Assembly (NCBI GenBank): GCA_030264375.1
Contig: JASCQW010000001.1
Coordinates: forward strand, 112,170,318 to 112,234,317
DNA: 64,000 nt
Source: Carcharhinus longimanus
Lineage: Eukaryota
Direction: 5' to 3'
The translations under genes and the position numbers were made by a program. The notes beneath the pieces were generated by a model. The model saw nothing but the letters and a program-made list of their open reading frames with translations, was not told where the DNA came from and searched no databases. Below are positions 27,151 to 41,200 of this stretch, piece by piece (position 1 is the first letter of the stretch; the number at the start of each line of letters is the position of its first letter).

Positions 27151-28177
27151 TAATATCCATTAGAGTAGATCTAGACATCTTTGTTATTCTTGAGAAACAG
27201 ATATCTTGTGCAGCTTCAACACTTGCAATGAGTTCTTTCCATGTTTTGAATAGTGCCAAAAAATGTGTTCCATCTCAAATCTAAGCATTTATTTTGCCTT
27301 AAAGTAACGATGTTTTCACAAATAATGCAAACATTTTGTTTGGCGGAAAAAGAGGATATGATGCGTGCCTTCAGATCTGAGCATAGCATTACGATTCTTG
27401 TAAAGACACAACTTTTAAGAAAGATGTTTGAATTCCCAGTGACCGACTGAAAGGAACTACATGGCAAAGGATCAGTATTTAAGACCTTTATCATGGCAAA
27501 AAAAAAACTAAAACCAACTAGCTCAAGTATCTGGTAGGCAGCTAGTACTCTAAACTATCACCCCTTTAATTTTTTAACATGACTGAAAACCCCATGCCAC
27601 AGTTGTACTTAGCTTTCCACTCTCTGCAGAATTGCAGTTTTGCAGGAACTTGTCCAACATCATTTCCAGCTTCCAATGAGTTTGCTTCTCCCCATTTTGC
27701 AGGGTTGTAACACTGAGTAACTGTAAGAATGTGTTTCTTCCAGTTTCTGGAGAAGTCCAGGACTGACTACCGGTGATGGGGCCTGCTCTGGTGATGCTTT
27801 CCATTCCTATCTACGTCAGGATGAATCTTCTGGATTCTGTAGATTGCTACCAGATGTGTCTCTTTACCCAGAGATTGTCCTCTCTCCCACATTCTGCCTG
27901 GTAGTCCACAGAAGAAGTACATTTCTTCCCTGCTGAGCACAAGAGCTGCATCCTTTTGTTTCTCTGAGATTTCGGGCAGGAAAAGAAAGACGGTCCCACA
28001 GAGACAGAAAATCTGCTTCAGCTGCTCTTGTCTTTGTTTCTGATATGAACACTTTTTACCTTGTTAGTAATTCTTGACTTGCCCTACCCTTCCCTGTGGT
28101 AACCAAGCACCAGGTATTGTTGTCAGGCAGAATTCAGAACTGATCAGATGACTTTCTTTGCTACCCCTTTTTTTATA

Positions 28178-28450
28178 GGGGTGCAACAGTGGTTAGCACT
28201 GCTGCCTCACAGCGCTAGGGACCCAAGTTCAATTCCCAGCTTGGATCACTGTTTGTGTGTAGTCTCCCCCGGGTTCTGCAGTTTCCTCCCACAATCCAAA
28301 AAAAATGTACTGGTTAGCTGCATTGCTAAAATTCTCCCTCAGTGTACCTGAACAGGCGCCAGTGTGAGGTGTCTAGGGGATTTTCACAGTAACTTCATTG
28401 CAGTGTTAATGTAAACCTACTTGTGACACTAATAAATAAACTTTAAAGCT
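28178..28450 (+). mobile_element. V-SINE type B
   Basis: Head cagtggttagcactgctgcctcacagcgctagggaccc; tail cctacttgtgacactaataaataaactt. Confidence 0.85.
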
Positions 28451-29056
28451 TTAATGTTGAATTAGAGATAGTCCCAGACATTAATCATCTTTTCAAACTC
28501 CGCATTCATGCATGAATAAACAGAAGCAAATTAATTATCAGCATTGTAGAGAACGTGAATTAAAAAATAAGCTACACATAAAATCATTGACCAGAATTTT
28601 ATTTTCAGACACCTACAAATTAGTTTTGATATGAAAATATTCATTAATTTCTTCAAAAAAAGAGTAATATCATGGTGGTATTGATGGATTGATATTTTCT
28701 GAATCTTTATTCATCGAACATGAACTTAACTCATGCAGGGGAGTTCACTTTTAATGATGTCATGAATGCCCAAATAGATGGTGTCAATCAATAATGCTTG
28801 TTTATCGGTGATCCTCGGACTTGGAATATAATTTGTTTCTGAAAATCAGTTCTCAAGTTGAAACTTCCGTTGCAAGTCAGAACTGATGTTCCCATAAGAA
28901 CAATATTATAAATCAGGAATTGGTTCTGAACCAAGGCCTGTTACCCAATTTTCACCATAATATCACAGAATTGTGTGCTTAACCAAATATTAAAAAAGTA
29001 ATATAACAAATTAATATAATATAAACTCTTGGAAACACAAAGATTCACCAATGCAT

Positions 29057-29332
29057 GATCATAGAATCTCTACAATGCAAAAAAAAGGCCATTTGGCCCA
29101 TCAAGCCTGCACCAACAACAATCCCACCCTATCCCCGTAACCACACATATTTGTCCTACTAATTCCCTGAAACATTTAGTATGGTCAATCAACCTAACCC
29201 ACACATTTGTGGGAGGATACCCATGCGGATACTGGGAGAATGTGCAAACTCCACATAAACAATGACCCTACCTAGGAATTGGACCTGGGTCCTTGACGCT
29301 GTGAGGCAGCAGTGCTAGTCACTGTGCCACCT
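29057..29332 (-). mobile_element. HE1-like V-SINE type A
   Basis: As 7490-7812. Confidence 0.8.
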
Positions 29333-29609
29333 GAGAAAAGGAACTGAACATCCTGCATCCAGGAAATGATGCATAGATGAATCCTTGGACGTGTTTTCTT
29401 ATTCCAATGCCTATCTGAGCTTCCACTTGTATTGCCGAGGATATATCATTGGAGTTGTAAAAGCTCATATAGTTCCAGTCAGGCTGAGCATTTTGGTGTG
29501 GCATTTCTATATGCATGTTAGACTTCATTTGTTGTGTTTTTCACGGTTCAACTTCAATTGTTTTATGAAATTTTAGCTCATGGATTATGTGCATATATAG
29601 CCCAACACA

Positions 29610-29900
29610 GCAATTAGGAATTTAAATTTGGCTTATTAAATTGGCTCAAAAGCAAGTATCAGTAATAATAACTGGATTGTCATTAAACCCAGCCGGTTCA
29701 TAAGTATCCTTTAGGAAAGGAATTCCATGCTCCCTAGTCAGCCTTTTCTATATCTCATTCTAGACCCACGATAATGTAGTTGACTTTCGGTTGCCTTCTA
29801 AACAAGCCTACCATACCACTCAATTGTTATGTGCATCTTGGGAATGAGCAATGCAAACTTTTTTGACAGCAATATCCACAGCCCATGAATGAATAAAATC
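29610..29900 (+). mobile_element. Old SINE with a MER6-like body and L2/CR1-type tail
   Basis: ccggttcataagtatcctttaggaaaggaa..agacccacgataatgtagttgact..cccatgaatgaataaaa. The tail matches the LINE at 17380-17441; the family is assigned from memory. Confidence 0.5.
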
Positions 29901-30019
29901 CAACCCTGAGGAATTGATCCTTGCCAATCACTGGCATTTGGTGCCAATATCATATATCCCTGTACGTTTGTACAGTCACAAAAATTGGTGTAATTTATCA
30001 CAAAATGCCAACACTAAAA

Positions 30020-30585
30020 TTTCCAGTCCACCTCCATAACATCTCCCAACTCTATCCTTGCCTCAGTTCATTTTTCCAAGCTTTGTTATCTGTGGACCTG
30101 GACATTCCAAGTAACTCCTGATAGACACCCACGTTCAATTCATGTAAACCTGAGGCTATCTAAACACTGCTACACATGTCCAAACTCGCACCAAGTCCCT
30201 TTCATCTATTGGCCTTGTGTTTACTAACCTGTATTAGCTCCCAGTTGAAATGCCTCTTTTTAAAAAAAAAATTCACACGTTGTTTATCAATCCTTCTGCA
30301 TCTCAGTAACTCGTACAGCTATGCAACTCGCCAAGATATCTATGCTTCTAATTCTAGCCTTTTGAGCATTCTCAACTTTAATTGCTTCAGCAGCCTAGGC
30401 CCTAAGCTCTCAAATTCCTTCTGAAAACCTTTCCCCCTCTTTCCTCCTTTAAGATGTTGCTTAAAACCAAGCTTTTAGTCATCTTCCTTGATATCTCTTT
30501 ATGTGGTGCTATCAAAGTTAATGATGCTCCTGTGAAGTGCCTTGGGACATTTTATGATGTTAAAAGTGCTGTATTAGTACAGCCT
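30020..30585 (+). mobile_element. L2 LINE 3' fragment
   Basis: ccacctccataacatc..cagcagcctaggccctaagctc..ctttaagatgttgcttaaaacc..tgtgaagtgccttgggacattt. Confidence 0.65.
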
Positions 30586-32149
30586 ATTATAACTAGGTCT
30601 TATTTTCTTTGAAAGTGTTTTAAAGTATAGTGCTGTTCTGTGTAAGTAAGAATGGCTTATGGCGTCAATATTTTTGCTAACACCACACTTAGTGCACCCC
30701 CTCTATGTGTGTGCAGGAAGTTGGTTTAATATTTTAAATATAGCTGCTGCTGGTTTCAGTTTTGCATAATGCAAATTGTGCAAACTTGATAATCTATGGT
30801 TGGTGAGGTAATCAAGTTTGAAGGCTGTACATGCAAAACAATACCACAAACTCAGCTTTTTTTTTCAGTCAGACTTTTTTCAAAAATAGACCAAATTGTG
30901 TTTTTTTTAAAACTCCTTGCTCACAGGATTACCTTGATCTGATAGGCTCATAAGTATTGGTGCGGTCCTTAAGTAGTATATTTTCAAAAGTATGTTGCAA
31001 ATGCAGCTGCACTTGCAGTCTTAAAGCACAATTGTTGTTGTAGTGCTTCTAGTCATCACACTTGCCGATATGTGTTTGCATAAATACAAATATTTGTTAC
31101 TCGTGATAGGAAGTGTTCATGTCATTCTTTACACTTTGCAGCTCAGATTATAGTGGAAGATGCCCGTCTCCCATGGTGAACTATTCACGTTGAAAACTTG
31201 TACCATTACATCCACCTTTATGGTAAAGGAAGAAAGTTTGTTCACAACGACAACATTTTAAACATGGGGGCTAAAAAAAGTACGGAATGGTTTGGTCCAA
31301 CTTATTTTTCCTACATTCTTTGTTTTGTAAGGATGTCGAAGATATGGATGGAATGCACCATCAACATTAGGATTTGTCCAGTCCAATCTATGTACCCTTA
31401 ACATTGTGGTATATCATAATTATGACCAAACAATTTTTCTGGCACTGAAAATTATTATTTTACACATGTGGTGTCTGATTCCTGCAGTTTTTATTAATTG
31501 TTAGAGGTTTACAGTCTCTGTCTCTCCCCTTTTCTCTCTCTCGATCCAATCTTTCTCTCTTTCATTTCCATTACCAGGTTAGATATTAAATTCACTATAT
31601 TAATTTACATTTTGTGGTTCTCACTTTGCATGAATGATTCTTCAATCTGATTGGTTAAGGATGACACACCATTGCTTGCTCTTTGCCGCAGATCCCCAGT
31701 GCTCTGTAGAGGGTGCTGTGCTGTTTGGATTCCCTGTAAAACAGCAACTTGCCAGACTGAGTCCTGCAGGAAGTCAGTGACCAAGGTCCGGTCTAACTTG
31801 TAGCAAAATTCGGCCTACTTAATCCTTGTACTATTTGAGATCACACAGAACTGTATTTTATATTCCTTTGCTGACCTCAACTTCGAAGGAAAACAAAGTG
31901 AACATTTTACATTATCGATGCATCAGTAAAATATGGAGATGGACATTGTGTCTTTAATTGTTTAATTATCAAGGACCTCAAAAATGGGTGTTCCTCAAAG
32001 GGCAAAAACAATATATGTATGAAATTATTTGTCAATTCCAATCTTTGAAATCATTACCCAACAGCTAGGATGTCTTTGAACTTAATAGACGTTAAACAAG
32101 CTTTTAGTATATATTAGAGGCAATATTATTCATTAAATATCAATTGAAA

Positions 32150-32462
32150 ATCATAGAATCCTGCAGTGCAGAAGGAGCCATTTGGCCCATGAGTCTGCAC
32201 CGACTGCAATCCCATCCAGGCTCTATCCTCATTACCCCATTCGTTTACTCAAGCTATTCCCCTTGACACTAAGGGGCAATTTAGCATAGCCAATCAACCT
32301 AACCTGCACATCTTTGATCTGTGGGAGGAAACCAGAGGAAGGCCATGCAGACACAGGGAGAATGTGCAAAATCCATACAGACAGTGACCCCAGCTGGGAA
32401 TTGAACCCAGGGCCCTGGCGCTGTGAGGCAGTAGTGCTAACTACTGTACCATCGTGCTACCC
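32150..32462 (-). mobile_element. HE1-like V-SINE type A
   Basis: As 7490-7812. Confidence 0.85.
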
Positions 32463-33071
32463 ATGGATGAAGATGAATGAAAGATTGCTCTGAAACATGC
32501 AGATAGATTGCATTCATCCATTTCACTGAACCAAACAGTCAATCCAAATAATTATAAATGTTTTCACATCTGAAGCGTGAAGTCCAAACGCACACAGGCA
32601 AACCTGAAAACTTTGTTTTCCCAGGGGTAAGCAGGCACTGCCATTGGTTACGAGCACTTTGTCTTACCTGTCATGGATACTTTGGGATAGATCTTAACTT
32701 TTAGTTGGCTAACTGACAGAATGTTACCCAATAGAACTTGTGTGAGGCCTGGACTGTTTTCTGCTGCAAGCAGAAAAGGAGTGTCCTGATGTACTGCCAG
32801 ATCAGAGTCAAAAACTGGTTAGCCTGGCCAAGGTAGAGGTTGGATATGGGGAGGGGCAGACCATTTTATTGAGTGACTTGATTTATTATTGTCACATATA
32901 TTGGAATACAGTGAAAAATGTNNNNNNNNNNNNNNNNNNNNNNNNNGTGCATTCCACATGAATACACATTTGCTCCCCAAGCAGCCAAAAAATAATGATT
33001 TTAATACTTGTGTTTCTGACCCTCTTCTGGACCCTCCAGATTTCACTGAGCAGAGAGCCCATGACAGATGA

Positions 33072-33935
33072 AAATGACATCAGCGTTCATTTATGCCATA
33101 GGCCCACAATTTGCATAAGTTATTAAGGCTCCTGTTGAATTCAGCATTGGCAGACTGGGAACAGGGCAGTAGCTCCATCACCTCTGTTACCTCCATTTCT
33201 GTTGGCTGGAAGAAGTTAAGTTCTTCCTCCTCGCTTTCTCACCCCCAAGACTGATGAATGTTTTGGGAGAGGCTACTTTCAATTTTGGAGAGAAATAAAA
33301 TCTTTGGAACAATAATACTGATGATCCATGTTTTGTAATTTAATCCCTCTTTATAGGTTACAGTATGTTCCAGCAAAAGGACATGATGTCCACAGTGGCA
33401 CTTGGAATTTCTTCTAGATGTCACAAAATCCATTTCTTTGAGTAGAGAAAAGCTTTCAGTTGAAAAGGGCAGAAAATTATAAATAAATAATCATCCTCAA
33501 GGTTGAAAGTGCACATAAAAAGCTAAATGGACAACAGTAGTGTCATTGACATAGAATGGACAAACCCAGGTTCTAAAGCATCCAGAATGAATTTTGAGAG
33601 AGCTTGTTGGATACAAGCTTCTTGTTGGGCCCTGACTTTCTTCTTCTCAATCTCCAGCAACTTCCAAGGCTCAGTTTTATTATATAGAGGTAGCCAGTCC
33701 CTGATGAATGCTTGCATTGCTAAACATGACCTTGTGTTGTGGGCTACTTTGTCCCATTAAAAAGAAATGAAATTGGAATGAGTGGTATGACATTGTTGAG
33801 AAGTGACATTTAAGAAGCCCCCGTCATGATGGAGCTATTTCCCTGTTCCCAGTTTGCCAATATTTAATTCAACAGGAGCCTTGTTAACCTATGCAAATTG
33901 TGGGTCTGTGGCGTGCATGAACACTGATGTTATTT
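33072..33935. mobile_element. Non-autonomous element with 109-bp terminal inverted repeats, family unknown
   Basis: 33072-33180 is the ungapped reverse complement of 33827-33935 with about 16 mismatches by manual count. Confidence 0.7.
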
Positions 33936-33936
33936 A

Positions 33937-34165
33937 GCTGAGATCGGCTAGGTCAGTTGGCTAGACAGCTGTTAGTGATGCAGAATGACGCCAACAGTGT
34001 GAGTTCATTTCCTGTATCAGCTGAGGCTATTCATTAAAGCCCGTCTTCTCAACCTTGCCCCTATCCTGAGGTGTAGTAATCCACAGGTTAAATCAGCACC
34101 CATCAGCTCTCCACCTCAGAGGCGAGCAGTCTATGGTCATCTGGCACTATGGCAACTTCACCTTT
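33937..34165 (+). mobile_element. tRNA-derived SINE of a different family
   Basis: tRNA-like head taggtcagttggctagacag..gtgagttcatttcc; tail ctatggtcatctggcactatggcaacttcaccttt. An L2/CR1-type tail follows to about 34335. Confidence 0.55.
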
Positions 34166-36169
34166 TACTGGTGCTAGCTAAATATCATGGAGCTCCCTTC
34201 CTAATAGCACCATGGGTGCATCCACACAAGATTGACTGCAGTAGTTCAGACAAGCAGCTCACCAAACCCTTATCAAGGATAGTTAGAGATGGACAACAAG
34301 TACCGGCTTTGCCATTCCTTGGCATAATAAAATAAATCCCTCTGTAGTATAAAGCTTGAATATGTCATGCAAAAGCTCTCATGTATGCATTGTGACAATG
34401 CAAAATAAATTGAAGTTACATGAGTGTTTCAAACATGACTTGGACTGAAGAAAAATCACCAGTAAATAGCTTTTCAGTCATATGATAAGCAAGCTCTTCT
34501 ACTTGCATGGATACATTGTGCACACACCTGTCAAAAAATGTATATTTTGTATGTATATTTATACATACAAAAAATGTATATTTTTTTGTATGTATAAATG
34601 TACCTTGGGTCAAGATGGAAAGGGGGGCGGGGGGTGTGCACGTGGTTCAGATCACATCCCAGTCGGGGGGGCCTGTCTCTTGGCTGCCCTTAGAAAACAT
34701 AATTATTTTGACCTCTCGTAGGGTGCCTCAGTTTTGAAGTGTCCGCATGCTGTACCTGCCTTGGTGATGCTCACCTTCATCGGTCGGACAGCAGCCCTAT
34801 GACTGGAAAACAGCTCCTCCAATCTAGATCCCAGCAAATCTGGGCTTGGGGAACACCTTTTGGTCCTGGTATCGAGCCCACAGAAAATTTCTGCCTATTG
34901 AAATATGCATCTAATCGCCATGGTATAATTTGGTGTTCTCATCTGGCATCCCACTGTGTTCTTTGAGAGGTGGATATGATATTAACTGGCCACTGAAGTA
35001 GGAGGTTCAAATCATCCAGGGGTGTGTACCTTTAAGATTTACAGGTAGCTGCTGTTGCATTCTGAGTAGTCAGGACTGTAAGTGGCAGACTTTGCTGTTG
35101 TGGCATCTGTTTTGAGATCTTCACTGAAACATACTCATGTTGCAGACCCTTGAGGTCAGCCTTTATCCTTATTTAAAATTTAGATTCTACGGTAATGCAA
35201 CTCATGGAATAAATACAGAATATCAATTATGCAAGAGGTATTACAAAGCAACACAAGATTACAGGTGGCTAGCAACATTGTTCACAAAACAAAAGCGATA
35301 GATAATTACCAAATCTGGGAGGCACCAAAAAATGTTCAACCTTGGCAGCAGCTGCCAGTGTTCTTATCCCTGTGGAACAACTCATTGTTCTACTTATTGT
35401 GTCTCCCCCCCATTCTTGCATGACCTTCAAAACACCTGACAATTAAAACATTGTGCTGAAGTGAAGTTACACAAAACTAACAACCTCACGTGGTAACATT
35501 AATGAACCAATAAAAACCATTAATCTAACTCTGAGAATGTACATCCTTATTACCTGACTGAATTCTTTTCATAGGGTGGCCTTTTAGCAATGATTTTTGT
35601 AAAAAAAAAATTAGACTGTTTGGTATACAAGGTTAGCTGCAGTCCAGGGGTTTTGATGGCTTGCATAGCATTTTAATTAATCATCTCTTAACTTCCACCT
35701 TAACCTATAATATATGCATGCTATGTCTGGTGATTAGTTTTCATTTTAAGCCTAATTTACGATTTTATCCCAGGATTGATAGTGATATAAGCACAAGTTT
35801 CTGGTCCTATAAAGCAGGCTTGGCGCCACCAATGTGATATCGTAATTAATGGCATTTGAATGAATGAATCATTGGGTCCAGAGTTTATTAGATTTCTTCC
35901 TGTTGTGAACTGTATTGCTTAAGGTGCAAAAGCACATACAATATCAGCATCACTGGATGTAGTTACAGAAATTCCTGATTCCAAGCCTCCTGTTTATAGA
36001 TTGAATATGAATCTAATCTTCGCTTGCCACGGTATCCTTTCCGAAGTGACAAGCCAAAAGGAGGAGGAACAAAAATACCTGCATCTTTTTAATAGTTTTC
36101 AATGCCAAACTTGGCATACTGTTCTAAAATAATTCAAATAAATCTGAAACCAAATTTGTATTTCTATAT

Positions 36170-36418
36170 TAAAAGCAAAATTCTCCAAATTTCTGGAAAT
36201 CTGAAATGAGAACAGATAATGCTAGAAAAAAAGGTTCAGCGGGTCTGGCAACATCTCTGAAGAAAGGAATGGGTTTAATATTTGTGTCCACTATTACTCC
36301 TGTTTGGAAAAATGCAGCTGTTCTGAAGAGTCATATTGGATTCAATATTAACTCAGTTTCTTGCTTCACACATGCTGCCAGAAATGCTGAATTTTTCCAG
36401 TTTCTTCTGTATTTATTG
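36170..36418. mobile_element. Older Penelope-like fold-back
   Basis: Degenerate version of 22189-22426. Confidence 0.55.
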
Positions 36419-37837
36419 CATGTATATATTATATATATATGTATATTATAAATTATATATAATCTTGATAGTAGATGTATGTGGCTACATCCTATTTTAA
36501 ATTGACCCATATTCTCCTTTCCTTCTCATTTATTCCAGTATTTTGCTTGCCTCTCACATTTAGTCTCACTTCTGAGGAATTTTCTTTTGCTTCACCCAAA
36601 TGGGCAGTCATTTGGGAACCCAAGCAGTATATTCATTGTCACAGCTCAAAGTTGGGTTGGATGCTGTTCTCAACTGGATCTGTCCATTTACCCTACGTTT
36701 AACAGTCACTGGATAATGATGAACACTCCGAGATCTGGCTGATTATTTTTTTGTTTTCCAACCCACACTCCTAGTTTGGAGGCTTTTCTGGTTGGTTATG
36801 AGCCCTGTCCCATAACCAGCACAGTCCAGACATCAAATCTGCTTCTTTTCAGTGTGTAAAGTGTCACATAAAACAGTTCAGAAGCCTGCATTGGCACTTG
36901 TTAAATAGCTGTAGTTCATAAGCTGCCAGATACATCCATTTATTTTGTAAATACTTGTAGAGAGATGCATGCTATTAGTAATCGTTGATTCTACAATTGC
37001 TGATTAAAGTAAAAATGGGTTGAATTTCTATTAAGAATATTAGTGTCTGTAAAGTTTATCAAAAGGTGTTGTCGATACTGACTAAGACTTGAATTTTGGA
37101 AAGCTTTTGCACTGACACATTTAGGAGGAGTTGCCATCAGTTTGTAGGAGGGTCATCATTTCTGGAGGTAAAAAGAATTGAACACATCATTACTGATTTC
37201 AGCTGGGTTGGTGGCAGATTTCCAGTTTTGAGATGGGAGTGGAGGGGGAGAAATTCACTGAGGTTCCCAATCTTTCTGACTGACCAAATTGAATGTGGGT
37301 GCCAAGTGAGGGCAGGTCAACTCTCACCTTTTCACTATTTGAATAACCTGCTGATGTGCACTGGCTAGGCTTATGGAAGAATGTCTACTCGCACGATGAC
37401 GGCTGACCAACATCTACAGAACTGCGACAAAATGCAATTCCCCGGTGTAAGGGGACATAATAGAGGGAGCCAAAAGAAGATATAATAGATTTTTTCAGTG
37501 AATTTCAATTATTTTCTAAATAGTTTTTAATGAATTGTGCTTCAGGTTACTTCCCTGAGGCAGGGAGAGGAGAGAAGCAGATGCACCTTGGTAAAACTAG
37601 GATTGCGCTACCATATTCTGTACACCTTAGTGAATGAGAGACAATTTATAAAATGTGCGAACATATTTGTTGGAATGGAATCAGTTTGTTGGGAGTTATT
37701 GGAGTGTGAATTCAGTTAATTCAAGGTGTGAAGGTCCACATTAAACAAGAACAAAAGATAAGCAAGGCGAATGTTACTGTAATAATTAATGTTAGTATTG
37801 ATCAGTTAGCATGCTCTGAATGTCCTTTCAAGCTATG

Positions 37838-38240
37838 TGGGGATGGCACTGCTGCCTCACAGCATCAGGGATTCTGGCTTGGGTCATTGTCTGTGTGGAT
37901 TTTGTATGTTCTCCCCATCTCTGCATGGGTTTCCTCCGGCTGCTCTGGTTTCCTCCCACAGTCCGAAAGACGTGCTGGTTAGGCGCATTGACCGTGNNNN
38001 NNNNNNNNNNNNNNNNNNNNNNNNNNNNNNNNNNNNNNNNNNNNNNNNNNNNNNNNNNNNNNNNNNNNNNNNNNNNNNNNNNNNNNNNNNNNNNNNAGAC
38101 GTGCTGGTTAGGTGTATTGGCTATGCAAAATTCTCCCTCAGTGTGTCCAAACAGGAGCCAGAATGTGAATTTTCACAGTAACTTCATTGCAGTGTTAGTG
38201 TAAGTGTACGTGTGACACTGATAAAAATAATAAACTTTAA
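37838..38240 (+). mobile_element. V-SINE type B spanning a gap
   Basis: Head and tail B present; agacgtgctggttagg is repeated on both sides of the N run. Confidence 0.8.
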
Positions 38241-41200
38241 TAAAACAAAGCAACTTGCTAGGCTTCAACTGCATAAATGCCTGTTGCATTTGAAGATAAT
38301 CTGTACAAAAGAACTGAGTACACAAACAGTGGGAAAATCCCTTCTCTTCCCTACCCTGCTTATCTTAAATAATTGGATCACATCTATTTCTCGTTGCTGG
38401 ATTTCATCAAGGAATTGGGTAGGGGAAATTTGATCCATTTTATTCATCAATACTGTAATGTGACTTGATTAAGGTTTTGTTTTTATACATAGGTTAAAGA
38501 TAAATTTTATTCAACACAGTAGTGGATTATGGCATAATTGGTGACAAAGGAAATTTAGCATTATTCTCTCACCATCCATGCCATTCCTGACAATATACCA
38601 ATATATAGTCAGAAAGCACATTTGGAGCATTCCATCTGATCAGTCTGAACAAATCACTGTAAATTTTGCCTTTTGACATCTCCTTCTCTCCTTTTAATTT
38701 GGACCTATCCACCTTGATTTAATTTTGTATTGAAAAGCTTGGCTTGTAACATCATAAGCATAATTTAAATTCTGCTCACTGTTACACAGATTTTTGCATA
38801 CGCTAGTGGTGAGGTTTTTTATCGATATCCTACCTGGATTGAATCAAAAGCAGGTGATTGTGCCACATCCACACGACTCTGTTATTTGGCTTTACTCATT
38901 GATGTGTTATGCAATCAGAGCCTGAATTCAGTGATATTTCAATTGTTGCACACAACGGTTTTTGTTTTATTTCTTATTCCCTGATCTGAGAGTGCTGTAA
39001 GTGTAGGATGGGGAAGAATGTGTGATATTATGGTGCCTGTAGGGATCTGCAAACCAAAATAACCAAATGTGTGGAATGATCCTCAAAATGAAGAAATTAC
39101 AGGACAAGATTTCAGTTTTATAACTTCAGTATGAGTCAGAATCAATGTAAATTAAACCTAAAATAACAGACAAATGTGATTGGTATAAACTGTAAATTAC
39201 ACCTGGAATAGAGATCATGGAGGTAGGATGCTGTCCACTCCTCCTGTATGATCCAGTTTCAGCCTAATATTTCTTCTGAATAGAATTCCCAATCCTTTTG
39301 TTCAGTGACTCGGCCAACTGTCTGCAGATAGACGCTGTTGTACAGTTAGGGTTTGACAATGCAGTCTTCTCAATATTGCAACTTTACTGTACCTCTTCCG
39401 GGTTAAAGGCCACCACATTTCAGTGAGTTTCTGTTTGACAGTCTCTCCCCCTGGCAACCAGATCACATTGGAATGTCTCCAAGCTGTTTTTCTCTGTTTA
39501 CTTTTATGACATTGAAAATAGTGTTAGTTGCTCAAATTTAATCTTAATTTTGACTTTATCAAATCCTGTTTGGATTGTACTGATTCATTGACATTATTAC
39601 CTATTTCTATTGCTATATGTACGGCAGTTGATTNNNNNNNNNNAACAGGTTACAAAATCACAAAACTGTTGTTGTTCTTCAAGATGTTTGCATTGACTGA
39701 ACCAGAAAAAGAGCAATTAGACAGGGTTTTCACACCCACCTATTAGAGTCCAGAATAAAAAAACTGATCTAATTTTAACCATGAAATATTACTTTCCTGT
39801 GAAAGGTCTTGAGAGATTTTGCAACACTTTGCCACAGCATATCTGAATGTATTGTTTCAGCTCCACCGTATCACAGTAAAAATTTTGAGTATCAGTTGGA
39901 AGGTTTTCTGTCTCATTGTTAAAGTTGAAGAGTCCCAGTTAATCAAGTCCATCCCATAGCTATTCCCTTGTACAAATACAATTCCCTTGACCAAGCATAT
40001 TCCTCTCCCTGGATTGCCTGTAGGGCCTGAATGCTGTGGTGACCAGAACCATGCTTAAAGATACTTGGCGCACAGTCTGAGCGTACACAGCTCCAGCATA
40101 GCTTACTAAGAATTAAGAAATCAAGGAAGTCGTGGAAGGAAGTTGCAGGGGGAGGCGTATGGACTTAAAGTTGAAAATCAGCCATGATTGTATTAAATGG
40201 TAGAACAGGATCAAATGACCGTTTGGTCTACCCCTACTCATATTTCTTAAGTTTTGCATTCTAACATATGCTACGTTGAGTGGGCAAAGTAGCCCTGCAT
40301 CTTACTTTGTTTCTTGTCTTGCACTATTTTGAGATGATGAATCATCTAACATTCTTGCATCTCCTTCAGATGCAACTTTTGTTTATTTTATTCTGCTCCT
40401 AAAGCACCTATTTTTAAATACAAAATACACTTGCTTAATTTGTCTGTATTTGACTGATAAAGATAGAATTGCCTATTTTTGAGAACACTTACTCTTGACT
40501 TGGTCATACCCTGCTTCATTCTTTGCATCATTTTTACAGTTTGCTGTGACTACTATAACCGGCAAAAGTAGATATTGCAGGCTGGTCAGTGTACAACCTG
40601 TACTTAATGTATTGTTAATGAAAGACTCAGTGACTGATTTCAGGTTTTCTGCTGACCTTTGGGAACTTTGACTTCCCGTTATGTTGGCTTCCAATCTATT
40701 ATTCTGTCTTTTTGTCTCTTTTTTTCCCTTTTTGACTAACCGTCTGTACTTCTCATTTTCAGCCTGATTCTCTCTGGCATTGACAAACTGACACCAGTCA
40801 TGTGCTACCCTTTTCAGCTCCATTCTACTCTAATCTTTCAATATCCATAGAGCTCTAGTTTTTGATGCTCCACCTGTTACCTTGTAGGAAAGTACCTCAT
40901 CCCTATCTGGATCAGTTCCTCTTTAAAGGTCACCTGCCCATTGCTCCATTACGTTTCTGCCTACCTGTCCTGTTGTTGACTCTAATTTGCTCCAGCCAGA
41001 TCCCTCCTCAATTTGGACATGGATGGTAGAGGTTTGGGTAATCCCAAGTTCATGCAAGGTAAAGTGCCTGGAGACAAGCTAGCTTTGAATGGACTTGGCT
41101 CACTCAGCTCTCATTTCTAATTTAGTATTACTGAGCCTGGATGTATCTTGCTGTTCTTTGAAAGCTCTGTACTGTCAATAAATTATTGACACCTTTACCC

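Noticed and set aside
37968-38113. Apparent duplication inside a SINE
   Set aside because: The repeated 16-mer flanks an N gap and is most simply a contig overlap or an unassembled insertion.
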